Shown here: positions 36,269 to 54,200 of the stretch, in pieces | Layout of the letters: every line of letters begins with the position of its first letter | How positions within the stretch are numbered: the first letter of the stretch is position 1 | DNA from: the human T2T-CHM13v2.0 reference genome, Homo sapiens | Reading direction: 5' to 3' (one strand) | Assembly: GCF_009914755.1 (NCBI RefSeq) | Contig: NC_060943.1 | DNA length: 64,000 nt | Program-made: the position numbers and the translations under genes | The notes under the pieces: model-generated | What the model saw: the letters and a program-made list of their open reading frames with translations, nothing else | Database searches by the model: none | What the model was told of the DNA's origin: nothing

Positions 36269-36915
36269 TGGTTGTTAAGTGAATAAATACCCAGTGCAGG
36301 CAAAGTTATTTAAAGGGAGTATTTATTTGGTACCAGGGTGACAAAGGCAGTTCTTTGCACATACAAAAACTGCTTAGTGTGTCTTGTTTGCCTTGGGTGC
36401 TGTGCTGAGAAAGATCCAACCCTGTCCTCAGGTTCACTGGAACCAGAGAGTGCATAACTGGTTAACAACGCCTGCCAGGGACTCGAGAGGGAGGATTGTA
36501 AGTTTACCACCTATTTCATACCTCTGGCCCTCCCTATGCTGAGGGCTACAAATGGCAGAGCCCCTCCACAAACAAATCCAGCAGGATCTTTCGAGAGCCT
36601 TAGAAATGTTCATCACATGTCATCTAGTGAAACCACTTTTTGGAAATCGATTCTAAACTGTAAATACAGTAATTTATGCTTTGTTAATCAGACTTTTATA
36701 TAAATTAAAAATTGTCACAAAATCAGAAAAGAACTTTAAACTTGTAATATTATTTTTAAAAACCTACACATAGAAAAAAATATTTGTAGAAAAAATACTA
36801 AAATATGATAAAATGTGGTTGCGTTTTGATGTGTTAACTATGGTTTACAACTCTAGTTTATTGCTGCTAATAAAACATTTTAAAAAATAAATTTTAGGCC
36901 GGGTGCAGTGGCTCA

Positions 36916-37227
<312 letters not shown>

Positions 37228-37703
37228 CTACTTGTTACTGAGTGCCTTCTAAATACCAGGCACTATTAGGCTCTTTTCTATAGATGAACTCTAGACCTTT
37301 TAATGGTTCTCCCAGGGGAGGATCCCCATTTCCTAAGAAAACGAGGTATAATCAGCCTCTAAGGAGGACCTTGAAATTTGACCTCAGCTCTCCCTGGCTC
37401 CAAAGCCCACCCTCTCTCTTCTCTGCCAAGGGTCTCTTCTACTTGTGAATATAACTACCTCCCTGGACTTGTACTAGTTGCATACCTAGAACTATTAGGA
37501 AGTTTATTAGCCTTCTCTGTTTTGCAAAATTTTCTTTAATATGCTCAATATTATTTGTATAGTGAGGAAACAATACCTAATAAAACTATGTTAAAAATCA
37601 TAGTTCAGGCCAGGCACGGTGGCTCCACACCTGCAATCCCAGCACTTTGGGAGGCCAAGGTGGGGCGGGTCACAAGGTCAGGAGATCAAGACCATCCTGG
37701 CTA

Positions 37704-37997
<294 letters not shown>

Positions 37998-38136
37998 TTA
38001 GGACACATCCATGCAACCAAGTACTAAAAGGAAATTTAGGAATGTATTTCTGTATATGGAAAGATGTTCATAATATATGAGAATGAAAATGACAGCCCTC
38101 AAAACAGTGTTTATGGTAGTATATTTCAATTCATAA

Positions 38137-38376
<240 letters not shown>

Positions 38377-39559
38377 TGATCTGCCTGCCTCGGACTCCCA
38401 AAGTGCCAGGATTACAGGCATGAGCCACCATACCCAGCCTAAAAATATAATTTTTAAAAGCTATACAGGTTTATGCATAAGAAAAAATGGGCATAAACTT
38501 TTAGCAGCAAGTATATTTGGGAGGGGGAAATACAAATATTCAAAGAAAAAACAAACTTTTTCTAGTTTTCTTCAGGGAATGTATATTACTTGCATCACCA
38601 CTAAAAAACTTAAAACATGAGTGTTTCTAAATTTATAGGCGCGAGCCACCGTGCCCGGCCTACAATGTGAATATACTTAACATTACTGAACTGTATGCTT
38701 AAAAACGGTTAAGACACTAAGCTTTATGTGGTTTTTACCACAATGAAATATAAGAATTTTTAAATGAGTTCTTCTAAATTTAAAAATGTAAACATGAAGA
38801 GGAGTCTCTAAACTGTTAGACATATCACGAACTGGGTAGGAACAGGAGGGAAGTTCTATATTAACCTCAGGGTTGCACAGGCCTTAAAAACGTGAGAGGG
38901 GATTGCTTTAGATTAAGAGACTTAAGAGATTAAACAACCAAATGCAATCTGTGGACCACATTTAGATCCAGATTGAAACAAGCCAACTGTCAAAGGACAT
39001 CTTGGAGATAATCAGGGAAGTCTGGTTATCGTGTGAGTAAAACCCTTTGTCTGAGGTGATTTAAAAATTTCCTTTTTAAGTAGAGGTACTGAAGTTTAAA
39101 AAACATAAATGAGTCCATTAAAAATATGTCAAGTAAATAACAGTTCAAGCAGAATACAGATTTAGCAAAAACTGCAACGGGAGAAGTGAAATAAAAGACT
39201 GATCAGGCTATGAGCCTTCTGACCATGAGGAAAGAAGCAGATTTCATGAGAGTGAATGAGGTAGAAACTACCTTAAAGACATGATAGGGTTTTCCTGGAG
39301 GTGAAGGGAGAAAAATTATGGAAGATATAGAAAGGAAGTGGTTCCTGAAAAGGATGGGAGCTTATTGAAAAGGCACAGGAGCCGACTGAAAGAGCTCCCA
39401 ATGGCCAAAGCTGTAGCCATTTGAACAACAAAATAAATGACAGTACTGAATTACAGCCTGTAGAATACATATCCACGAATCCAATCTGATATAAAGGAGG
39501 GCAATCCTCCCTCACGATGAGTATCACTGAAAAAGGCAAAATCTATTAGCTACTTTCCT

Positions 39560-39773
39560 ATGCAACAAAAATATTCTTTGTAAGCTTTTCACCTGTGTGA
39601 CGTGAGGAATCCCCTCTTCGAAAAATTGCAACTTTTTTTTTTTTTTTACCACACTTTGATGAATGTTCAAGTTGTTAACAAGGTGGGGCTAGTGAAAGGC
39701 CTTCTCACACTCACAACACTCTAGGAGGAAGCCAATAATGTTGAGAAAAGTGTGTGCTGTGACTAAAGGTTTC
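39560..39773 (-). pseudogene. Decayed zinc-finger remnants in the ZIM2 3' UTR
   Basis: Read-through of the stop gives CDHC*ETFSHSTHFSQHYWL; a shifted frame gives ECCECEKAFH; an HTGEK codon string lies near 39585-39600. Confidence 0.7.
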
Positions 39774-40615
39774 TCAACAGTGATCGCACTCAACAGTTTT
39801 CTCTTGAGAATGGAGTTGATAATGTTGAGTGAGGTATGAGGGTCGGCCGAAACATTTCCCACATAGCTGACACTGGTAAGGCCTCTCTTGAGTGTGAGTT
39901 CTATAATGCTGAATGAGATATGAATTCCGACTGAAGACTCTGCCACAGTCACAACACTGGCAGGCTCTCTCTCCAACGTAGTCATGTTTCCGCTGATAAC
40001 GAATTAAGTATGTCTTGCTGTGGGACAACCCAGGAGGAAGGACTCTTGCTGCCTCATGGGCTTTGAGATGTTGAAGAAGATGCACATTCTGGAGAAAAGC
40101 TTTGCCGCACTGAAAACATTCAAAGTAGTCCTCCTGACTGTGAATTCTTACACGTTCACAGAGATTCGCACACTGGACGGAAGGCTTTCTACCTTCATTG
40201 CAGCCAGAAGTCTTCCTACCAGAATGGGTCTTCTGATGTCTGTTGAGGTGTGGCATGAGATAGAAGGCTTCAGCACACTGTTTACATTCATAGGGTTTCT
40301 TCCCAGTATGGATCCGTTCGTGTCTCCTAAGGGCTACTTGCGTACTAAAGGTTCGTTTGCAAAATTCACATCTGTTGTGTTTGTTCTCTTGGGATGCTGA
40401 CTGGGGACTCGTACATATTCCAGGAGCAGTGCCTTCCTGGGGATCCTTTCCTAGAGGATCCTTTGATTGTTTACTAAGATTAGAGCTTCTCTCAAATTCA
40501 TCACTGCCATAGCTTCTTTCCGGAGTGAGGGTCTTGGGGTCATTCATTGTTATAGGAGTCAAAAGTTTCTCTTGGTTGCCCTGGTGTGGTTCCAATGGAT
40601 CATCATGAGACTCTC
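39774..40615 (-). CDS. ZIM2: ZIM2 terminal coding exon: linker plus C2H2 array (5 intact fingers, 2 degenerate, 1 truncated)
   Basis: ORF 39774..40595 has CEFC..HERIH-TGKKPYE-CKQC..HQKTH, CFQC..HLKAH, CCDC..HYRTH-TQERPYQ-CQLC..HYQLH and ends ECDHC*. Acceptor tctctgcag|GAGAGTCTCAT at 40615 is phase 1 and joins the KRAB-B exon as CQ-G-ESHDDPLEPHQ, matching my recollection of human ZIM2. Confidence 0.93.
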
Positions 40616-41024
40616 CTGCAGAGACAATGCCAGAAGTTACCTACCGCCCAATTATCCAATCCTGCCCCCCAATAATGATATTTCTATAGGCAGGCTTTGC
40701 CCTGGAGTTAGTGCTTTGGTTTCAGGTCTCTTTTCCTAATCTGAAAAAAAAAAAGTAAAAATTCCTCTATTCTTTTTACTCAGAGAGACATACCAATATA
40801 ATAGAAATAAAGAGACCAAGGATAACAAACAGATCTTATGGAGGTTGAGAGAGTTTTCTGAAAACCTAAAGAGAAAATGGAAAAAGGATAGAAAGGACAG
40901 TAAGTGGCCGGGCACAGTGGCTCATACCTGTAATCCCAGCACCTTGGGAGGCCGAGATGGGCGGATCACAAGGTCAAGAGATTGAGATCATTCTGGCCAA
41001 CATGGTGAAACCCTGTCTCTACTA

Positions 41025-41258
<234 letters not shown>

Positions 41259-44200
41259 CTAGGAGGATGGCGTGTCAAAAAGATGCCACAATTGTACAGA
41301 GTAGAATGAGCAGAAATCAGAGAAAGAGCTGGGGTTGGGGTTTGTCAGCATTTTCCAAACCATGTTTGGCAGATCGCTAATATTCTGAAAAACAAATAGC
41401 TGTTACCATGAAGGGGGCTCCACTGTCAAGTTAATTTGGGAAATGTTGTATGACACAAATCAAGCAGGTTTCATTCCTGTAGGATTCAGAACTTTTAATA
41501 TGCACCTTGAACCCTAAAGAGGGAAGGTACAGAATGTGGCATTTCTTAAAGTGATCTTGCTATGAAACATTTTTTTTAGAACATCTATTACTATGGTTCT
41601 TCAGGACTACTGAGGAAACACTGGAGCAAACAGGTCAACAACCTCTTGTTCAGAATTAAACAAAGATTCTCCTTTCTTAGCTCTGAATCTCTTGTTTTAC
41701 CCCAATCTACACTGTCAACCAATCCTCTTTAATTCAATATTTATTAAATGCCTGTTTTGTGCAAGGCATTATCTAACCAGATGGGTCAGAGGTCTGTAAA
41801 AGGGACTCTAATCAGACTGTAAGTGACGACAGGAGCAGAGATGGGGGAACTGACTCCACTTAGGAACAGAAAATGATTAGTGGAGGGGACAGCATTTGGC
41901 GTCAGTAAACGGGGAAGGGGGGCGAGTTTATATAAAACAGCCTGAGTTAAGCTATAGAACTGTGAAAATATACAGTCCTGGGGAGCTAGAAACACAGGAT
42001 CTTAGTTGCAAGATCTGTAGATGAGGCTGGGATGCAAATTTCAGGCCAGAATGGGAGGAACTTCAGTGTTTTGCTAAAAGTTTGAATTTTATCTTGACGG
42101 AGGTAAGAAGCTGATAAAAAGTCTGTGCTTTATAAAGGCAACTCTCTGGTTGGAAAAATACTGAAGCCAAGGAAGTCAAGTATAAGACTGTGGTTTGGAA
42201 GAGAGGTGATGAACACAGTGGTTGCATCCTGGCAGACACTTGAAGTATGTGAACAGAGTACAGGTAAAACAGCAGAGCCAGAACATGGCTTAGGAAGTCA
42301 TCAGGAAAAGAGGGATAGCTGGGCCCATCACAATGGATTGACTCTTTTAGGAAGTGGTCTTTGAAGAGAACACTCAAGAACGGAAGAGTAAGAGAACACC
42401 TAGTCCTCACTGGCTCTTCTGTTTTCCTTACCCTGCTGTATATCCAATATTTCAGCATGTTCTGTCAGTTCTTCTTTCAGGGAATACCTCCAACCTGACC
42501 CCTCTACAACCACGGCCTCAGCCTCCATCATCTTTAGCCTGGTGGACTTCAATGGCCTCTTGAACTGGTTTCTCTGGCTTTTCCTCTTAAAGCCCGTTCT
42601 CCATAGGACAGCCAGATGGATCTTTCTAGAATAGCACTGCCCAGTAGAACTCCCAGTGATGATGGAAATGGTCTACATTTTTGCTGTCCAGCACAGTAGC
42701 CATTAGCCACATGTTGCTATCAAATACTTGCAATGTGGCTTGTGTGACTGAGGAACTAAATTTTAAATTTTATGTAATTCTTACTAGTGTAAATGTAAGT
42801 AGCCACATGTGCCTACTGTCTAGCATATTGGACAGCAAAGTTCTAAAATATCAATAACACTACTTCATGCCCCTGCTCAAAACCTCCCCCCATCTTTGCA
42901 TCTCACTTATAATAAAATTCTTTAACATATTCCTAAGCGGGCTGGCCCTTGACTATCTCTGTGATCTCATCTTCTATCTTCCACTTAACTCAGACCATAT
43001 TGCCCTTCCTACTGTTTTTGGAACACCCAAGCTCATTCCAATCTCAGGGCCCTGGCACTTGCTGTTCGCTCTGCCTGTAACACTCTTCCTCAAGATTTCT
43101 ACATTGGTCAGCCCCCCATCTCATTCAAGTCTTCCACAGTGAGGCCTTCTCTGACTATTCCATCTCAAGCAACCTCCCATATCTCATTCTCTATCCACTT
43201 TACGCTCCGTTATTATTTGTCTATTTTTTAAAACTACTGCCCCCATTAGAATGCAAGCTCTATGAAGGAAGAGATTTGTCTGTCTTATTCATTATTGTAT
43301 CCACAGATACTAGGACAGTATCTGGCCCACCACAGAAGCCTGATAAATATCTATGAGATGACTGAATAATGAAGAAACCAGAGTAGGGAAAGAAAAGAAG
43401 ACAATGAAAGAAACAGAGAGGAGTCTTCCTGGTAACTTCTTGAATTTTGTTTGGACATCCACTTTTCCACTCACACAGACAAACGTGGAGGAGGGCTGTG
43501 TCAATCAGCACTGTACTGGACACAGCTGCTAGTTCAGGAAAGGGATATAACCCGATATGGAACAATGAAAAATCAGGAGAGCTGGAAAAGATGCTTCCTC
43601 TCTCTTGAGAATGCTTCTTGGACACACCAGCTCTTTCTTGCTCCTTTTTTGTACAGGAACAAAAAAATGCATCTAGGATTTATTGTCAGAGTCGAAGGCA
43701 GAGTAGAAGGAGAAAATGAAACTAGGTCTTCGATGACTTCACTGGGTCCCTGAATACAGCCCAGCTGATCAGTATTATAGGCTAATAATCCCTCTATGAC
43801 TTTAGCCAGTTTGGGTGTGGGTTTTCTGTTAACTACAACTGAAGGACAACAGTGATCCAGCCGCTGCACATGGTGACCCATTTCATGAAGATGGTAAGCG
43901 TTATTAGACTGTAGCCATAGAGTTTGGAGGAGGTGAAGTCTATGGTTCCAGAACTATAAGGACGCTAGTGGGAACCTTTTGTGGAAGTTTCAGAAAAGAG
44001 CGTATATGTGTGTCTGAGTTGGCATAAGTAGGGGGATGGAAACCAGAGGGTGGGGATTAAGAAGAAAAGGGAAGGGAGCGTCTAGGTGTCAACAAGTCTG
44101 AGGAGCTGATGTGAGGGAAAGTGGGAGGGCAGTGAGAAAGACAAGTGGTATCAGGCCAGGATTTTTTGTTTGTCTCAGTTAAAGAGGAGAGATGTATGAT

Positions 44201-44461
44201 GTTTAGCTGCAAGGAGAAAGGCATGAGTGGACGGAAGGGCTGGAACACGAGGGTGAAAGGACACTGGCCTCCCTGGAGCTAAGCAGGAGAGGAGCTCATG
44301 CTGCATGAAGAGATGGGCTTCAGAAAGGAGACCAAGGGGAGTACTGAGGAGAAAGGGCACCTACCAGACTTCTCCTGGCCCAGGGGACTTTGAGGAAAGC
44401 TCTCTGACTAGCATTTACTGGTTCCCCCTCCTACACCCCGGGCTTCCCCCTCACTACTCAC

Positions 44462-44557
44462 CTTGACAAATCACTGTATGTCTGCTGTCTGTCTCCATTG
44501 CATATGATTCCTCCTCTTCCAGGCGTGAGATAATGTCAGGTTTAGAGAACTGGTGCC
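44462..44557 (-). CDS. ZIM2: ZIM2 KRAB-B exon (96 nt, GHQFSKPDIISRLEEEESYAMETDSRHTVICQG)
   Basis: Acceptor tcctctccaacag|GGCAC, donor CAAG|gtgagt, KP.II.RLE KRAB-B motif, phase 1/1. Confidence 0.92.
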
Positions 44558-45494
44558 CTGTTGGAGAGGAAGACTGAGAACTCAGGGTTTCAGTAACTCC
44601 CAACCTTAGGTCCCAAAGACTCTGGAATAATAAGGAAGGAACAAACTCTCGCAGGAGTAAAATGAAGCCTGTTTCCAGCCTACAGAGATTTTACCCCCTA
44701 AGGGACATCTAAAATGTATGGAGATATCTTTGGTTGTCATAACTGTGGGAGCAGAGGGAGGGGTTCCTAGTGTCTAGTATGGCTGGAGGCAGGGACACTG
44801 CTCAACATTCTGCAAGACAGCCCCACAACCCGGGACGATCTGGTTCCATGTCAAGAGTGCCAAGGTTGAACAACCCTGCTATGAAGACTAAAAAGGGGGC
44901 ATGAGGGCAGTGTGCTGAGCTCTACACTTCAGCACCAAGAATCTGACATAGCTGCTCAAAAAGTCAACATTATGGTTCTTTTCCCTCCTGGGATAACGTC
45001 CACTGCCCCTTTGTCTTGAAGTGCTGCTCCTCCCCCTCCCTTAGTTCCTTGTTTCCCAAACTTTTATCATTTGCATACCAAATTATTATCTATTTGTTTA
45101 CTGTCTGACTCCACTGAAATGTAACATCCATGAGAAGGGGAAATGTCATCTATTTTGTAACCAAAATGCCTATACCAGGCCTTGTATGTCTGAATTCACT
45201 GACGAGTTAATGAATGACCCTTGCATTTTGGCATTTCTACGTGCCATTTATAGTCATATTCAGTATTTATTTAATGTTTTTCTTTAGATCACCTTTCTTT
45301 TTAACTTAGATATGCTTATTTTCTTTTTTCTTTTTTTTTTTTTTTGAGACAGAGTCTCACTCTGTCTCCCAGGCTAGAGTGCAGTGGCACGATCTTGGCT
45401 TACTGCAGCCTCTGCCTCCCAGATGCAAGTGATTCTTCTGCCTCAGCCTCCTGAGTAGCTGGGAATACAGGCGCCCGCCACCATACCCAGCTAA

Positions 45495-45713
<219 letters not shown>

Positions 45714-46990
45714 TAACATCATGATAAATATAACAGAAACTAAGGTTATTGAGTGCTAGCTAGCTTCTGTTGCCTATCTAACATTCAGGGTTTGATGTCT
45801 GCTCTCACTTTACTAAAATGGAAGAATAACAAGATAGACATGCTAACACCAAACTGATATTCTCTACGTGATACCATCAGAAGGCTTAAAGGAAAATTGA
45901 AGAACTTCTTTTTCACCAACAGATTGAAGGATTATGTCATGCTGTCCATGTACTGCCTAAAATAATCTTCTATTTAGCCCACTGTACTCATTCCACACTT
46001 AGGAAGACAATGTCCCAGGTGATATATAAGATCTCTATTAACACAAAACCTTCAGTGTTAAAGAAGCCAAGGGCTCACAAGATAGAAATGCTCCAGGTCA
46101 CTGCATGAGAGCTGGAATGATACAATTAATTTATTTCCTCTATTTTGATACTATTCCCTCTATTTTAAGTCATAAAATGTGGTAAGCTAGAGAAGAGTGT
46201 AAAATATGCTGGAAAATGTACTTCCTTGTAACCGATAAGAACCAGAGTTAAACATATGCATCCCTGTGCTAGGTTTGGGGTAGGATGTGTGTTTTCCCAC
46301 TAGGTCCCTGACTTGCCAGTGGAACAGTGTTTGTTTTGGATTCTGTTTTTCAGGAGACCTCAAGCCCCCAAAAAAGCCACTGAAAAAGGAGCTTGGCACT
46401 GGCAACGTAAACTTTTCACTTTTCACTTTCAACTTTACCTGTGAGAACAGGTAAAACAATTTTGCCTCCGCACGTAAAGAGAGATTGGCAATCTCTGTTT
46501 CTTCAAACTCAAGCCAGTAGAAGTCTTTGGAGCTCCTGGAATTTTTAGCAATTCCTTCGCTCATTCAGTAAACATCATTTTGAGCCTTCCATTGTGCTGA
46601 GAACTGGTGGAGCAAACCCCTGTCTGGTAGCACATCAGAGTTTAAAAGAGCAGATTCTGGAGTCTGCTTGGGGTTAAATCCCAGCTTTCGACAAGTACTT
46701 TAGCCTTTCAATGACTCAGGTTCCTCAAAGTTAAAAATGTCAATAATAACAACAACAATAAGTATACCTCCCCCTCACAGGCCTAGTGTGAGGATTAAAG
46801 GAGTTGAAATATGCTAAACACTTACACAAGTGCCTGACACATATGTCGTGCTCAAGAAATGTTAGCTATGTTATAATTAACAGTGAATTTGATATTCAAA
46901 TATTAAAATATTGCCTCTGACCTGGGTTGAGACTCACTGACATGGTGAACCACCATTACTGATGAGAGGACACGAAGGAGTTGAGAGCTA

Positions 46991-47206
<216 letters not shown>

Positions 47207-48384
47207 CTATCCCAGAGAGAGGAGAAGGGACGTGATTAGAGAGGACTGAACATGATGCAGGCATTCAGACCAGCAGAGAGCTTCCACGTGCTCTAATCCA
47301 GAGCCACAGGCACCTGGCATTGCATCTTTCTTTGTCTTATCGAGTCTGAGAGAAGTGGGAACATTACTGAAACAGTTCCTATTGCTAATTACTACAGATT
47401 TGGGTTGAGGGGGAAATATCCTTTTAAGCCACTTTATAAAGACAGAATGCAAGCATGCAAATACTTAAAAGCTCAGCAGTATACCTCAGCCTCAGGAATC
47501 AGAGTCCTGGCTCTGGTTCTTTGTGAGTTTGGGTAGGTTAAGCCTCAGGGTCCCACCTGTAAAACAAAGTGCTCATAACATGAAGAAATATTCAATCTTG
47601 TTAATAAACAAGGAGATGAAAATCAAAATGACAAAATACCATTTTATACCCATTCAATTAAGTATTGGGTAAAAATTAAGTAATTGAGTGAAAATTAAGA
47701 AGTGGGACAATACCAACTATTATATAAAACATGGATCCACTGGCGATGCTAAGGGAAATGTAAATTAGAAAATCACTTTTGATCCAGAAATTCTTTTTTT
47801 AATTTTTAAAAATTTTTGTGGGTACATAGTACTTGTATATACTTACGGGGTACATGAGATGCTTTGATACAGGCAGGCAATGTGGAATAAGCACATCGTG
47901 GGGAATGGGGTATCCATCCCCTTAGGCATTTATCCTTTGAGTTACAAAGGATAATAAAGAGTTACACTCTTTATTTTAAAATGTACAATTAAGTTATTAT
48001 TGACTATAGACTCCCTATTGTGCTATCAATAGTAGGTCTTATTCATTCTTTCTACTTTTTTTTTGTACTTGCTAACCATCTCCACCTCCCTCCAGCCCCC
48101 CAACTACCCTTCCCAGCCTCTGAGAACCACCCTTCTAATCTCTATTTGACCCCAAAATTCTATTCCTAGGTATATTTACTCATGTGTACTTAAAGACATG
48201 GATGGGCATGTTTATTATAGCATGTTTGGAACATCCAAAATCTGGAAATAACCCAAACATTCATTAACAGTAGAAGAGATAAATATAGTATAGCCATACA
48301 ATGAAATAGTATTCTAGCAATAGAAATCAATTAACTACAGTTATATACAACAATCTTAGTAGCCTAAGGTTGAATTTAAAAGGC

Positions 48385-48930
48385 AGATACCATATACCCA
48401 AAGGAAAATAAGCTGTCCTACCAAAAAGACACATGCACTCATATGTTCATCACAGCACTGTTCACAGAAGCAAAGACATGGAATCAACCCAAGTGCCCAT
48501 CTACAGTGAACTGGATAAAGAAAATGAGGTGTGTATACACCATTGAATACTATGCAGCCAAAAAAAGAACAAAATCGTGTCCTCTGCAGCAACCGGAATG
48601 CAACCGGAAACCTCAGATGCAACGGGAAACCATTATCCTAAGCGAACTAACGCAGAAACAGAAAACCAAATACCACGTGTTCTCACTTATTAGTGGGAGC
48701 TAAACACTGGGTATACATGGTCATTAAAATGGGACAACAGACACTAGGGAATACAAGAGGAGGCAGGGAGGGAGGAGAATAAGGATTGGAAAAGGCCATT
48801 TATTGGGTACTATGCTTACTATCTGAGGTGACATACTCATTCATGCTCCAAATCTTAGCATTGTGCAATACACCTTTGTAACAAACCTGCACATGTGTGC
48901 CCTGATTCTAAAATAAAAGTGAAAAAAAAA
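48385..48930 (+). mobile_element. L1 3' end fragment
   Basis: MFITALFT.AKTWNQPKCPS..NWIKKM and IILSELTQKQKTKYH.FSLISGS, followed by aataaaagtgaaaaaaaaa. Confidence 0.85.
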
Positions 48931-51771
48931 GATAGACTGACCTCTTCAAATCTAACATTATCCTGAGGCAATAGGATACTTACCTTCCTTAGCAAATCTG
49001 AATATAGAAAATTGTAACACGTGTAAGAAAATGCATAGGATCTCCCCACTCAAATATGCTAATCCAATAAGTCTTTATAAACAGTTAATGACAAAAATTG
49101 AAAATTAAAACTTACTAGCCATTTTGCTCAAAATGTTGTAGCAGTTAATGATTTTTCTGTCTGTTTCCAGTCATACTTTGGCAATAAAAAAAATGATTCA
49201 AAACCAAAGGTACATTGTTGTTAGGCTGAGGTCTTAACCTGGCAATCACAGATTCTTAAGGCTGAGCTTTGTAGTGCATGTGCACCTTTCTGGAAGATAA
49301 AAATTCCGTTTCTCAAAGGAGTCTGTGACTCAAAATATTTAGCATAGAGAGCAATCTCAGTTTTTCATAACCTTTTTTCTTGTGCTTTATTTTACTTAAT
49401 ACAGTTAATATGCTACAATACCTTGAATATAATGGATAATCAATATTATTATATTAAAAAAAGATTGTTAAAAGAGAAATGTTACCTGATTCAGTATAAG
49501 AAAATTGAATTTAGTTGTAGAAAAGGTATCTATTTCAAGTAAGAATCACTGTATGGTAGGTCATGATTTCTCAGTCACAGTGTCATATTTAAACGATGGT
49601 GGTCATGTGGTAGTCAGAGCATTTTTAAGACTGCTATCTTACTGTTCCCAAATGTTTTCCTACTGTTAACTGTCCATTGACCCTCCTTTCTTTTTTCCAT
49701 CTCATACTCTGTAACTATTAGAGAAAATCATGGGAACAAACCTACACTGGAATAAGGAGTTTTGAGTTCTGCTATTAGCTAGTTGTAAGGCATGGGTTAA
49801 TTAATCTCTTTGATTCTCATTGTCTCATCTTTAAAATAAAGAGATCCATTACATTATCTCTAAAGTCATTTACACTCTAAAATTTTATAATAAAACACAT
49901 AAGATCCCTTGATACTATAAAAATAAAAAGGCAGATACCAGAACATTACATAAGACTCTGATATCCATTTTATTAATATACATCTTTTGTGTTTTAAGTG
50001 AAACTTTCTAAAACTTTTTATGCAAATCAACAAACACTGGATTAAATTAGGGATCATATACTGGCTGCCCAGCTCCTTCAGATGGGTTTATTTGGCTCAC
50101 GTGGTCCTATTGTTTTTTAAAAATTTGTATTAGCTGCCAATACCAAAAAAAAAAATTAGGAAATGTCATTCTTAACTGGTTTTGTGGCTTCTGATTAAAA
50201 GCATTAGAAAATCTGGGGACTGGGTCCACATTCTCACATGGCACCATCAGCAAAAGCTGAGTCACAGCTGCCCCTATATATGGGACAGGCACTCCCCCTG
50301 TTTCTCATAATCCACCCAGACCAATTCCTTATTTATATTCCCTTGGTAGTCCCTCCAGGGCATCTTTGCTTGGAATCCCTGGCACAGACAAGGTAGGGAC
50401 AGAGGGCTACTCTCAGGAGCAGATATTCTAGAACAGTGTTTCTCAACCTTTTTTCCTTACCTCGCTCCCCCCACCCCAGTAATCTTTATACGTCATTTTT
50501 TCTAATCACAACCCCCATGAATTTTTTTCTGGTTCTAAAGAAAGCAGAGTATATTAATTTCATTATTGTCTTTTAGGTTTCTAAAACATGACTTAACAAG
50601 AACACTGGAGAACATTTTTGAAACAAAAAATCAGAAAACCTCATAACAGTATCATGTCCCTATAAGAGCTGCCATTTGTTAAAGGCCTACAATAAGCCAC
50701 ACCCTTTGTGTGGGTAGAAGGGGTTGTCTTCATTTACACTATTTTCATTGTTGCAAAGTACATTCCAGCCCTTGACATGGATATACTTTTTCAAACAATT
50801 ATAAATTAGCATTGATTCACATACACAGGTATTGGATGCTTCCAATTTTAATGTGCACACAAATCACCTGGGGATCTTGTTAAACACAGATTCTAATTCA
50901 GTTGGTGGAAGTGGGGCCACAGATGCTGTATGTCTATTTTTTTAAATAACAGCTTTATTGAGATTTAATTTACGTATTATAAAAGTCACCTAAAGTATAC
51001 AATTTAATGAGTTTTTAAGCATATTCACAGAGTTGTGCAACCATCACCCCAATAAATTTCAGAACATTTCATCGCCCCAAAAGAAACCCTGCACCTTCTA
51101 GCAGTCACTCTCCATTTCCCTCCAACATCTTCCCACGCCCTACCCCAAGCCCTAGGCAACCACTAACATACTTTATGTCTCCATGGATTTGCTGATTCTG
51201 GATATTTCATAAAAATGGAATCGCACGGTACCCCATACATTTTAATATCGCAAATATACTGTGTATGTACTGTATGTATGTCTGTGCTGTACACATAAGA
51301 AGAATAGTATGTGTTCACCCTCAAGAACCAATTTTCTTCCCCTTGAAGGCAATATCCTCCTTAAGAATGCGTGTTCCAGGACATGACTTTCAAGGAAAAG
51401 GCCCTTTTCAATTGCTCTGTGACTTTTTGGCACCCCCATATGGTTCTAAGAACACTTTTTTCCCTCAAACAGAGCCTGACACCGGTAGACGTTGGTGAAT
51501 AAACAAACAGATGATGACACTACCAGAATCATTTGTATAATCTTGTACAACCTGAAAAAAGTTTTATGTTTGATGATTTCATTAAACTATTATTCATTAT
51601 TTTGGAGGAAATACATGGTAGGACATAACTACCTTTCCTTTTTTTAAAATTCTGGACTATTCTAGCCTATCCATGCTTCCCAGTGGACCCCATTGTCTCA
51701 AATCCCCAAATCCAAAAATTTAGTTGAAATAGGACGGCCAGATAAAATTCAGCATGCCCAGTTAAATTTGA

Positions 51772-52227
<456 letters not shown>

Positions 52228-52382
52228 TTATTTAATTTCATTGGACAAGACAGGTAACATCTCTGATCTGGACCTTGATCTATAAATGGTCATTGTACTT
52301 TTTGTATCATAGGGTTTTGTGAAGAACAAATTTTGTTATGTGTCTATTAAAAATCTTTTTTGGTTTTGTTTTTGTTTTTTGA

Positions 52383-54200
<1,818 letters not shown>

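Noticed and set aside
48982-49010. Possible 14-nt micro-exon on the minus strand (ttcag|ATTTGCTAAGGAAG|gtaagt)
   Set aside because: It would frameshift the ZIM2 ORF and has no other support; splice-like motifs occur by chance.
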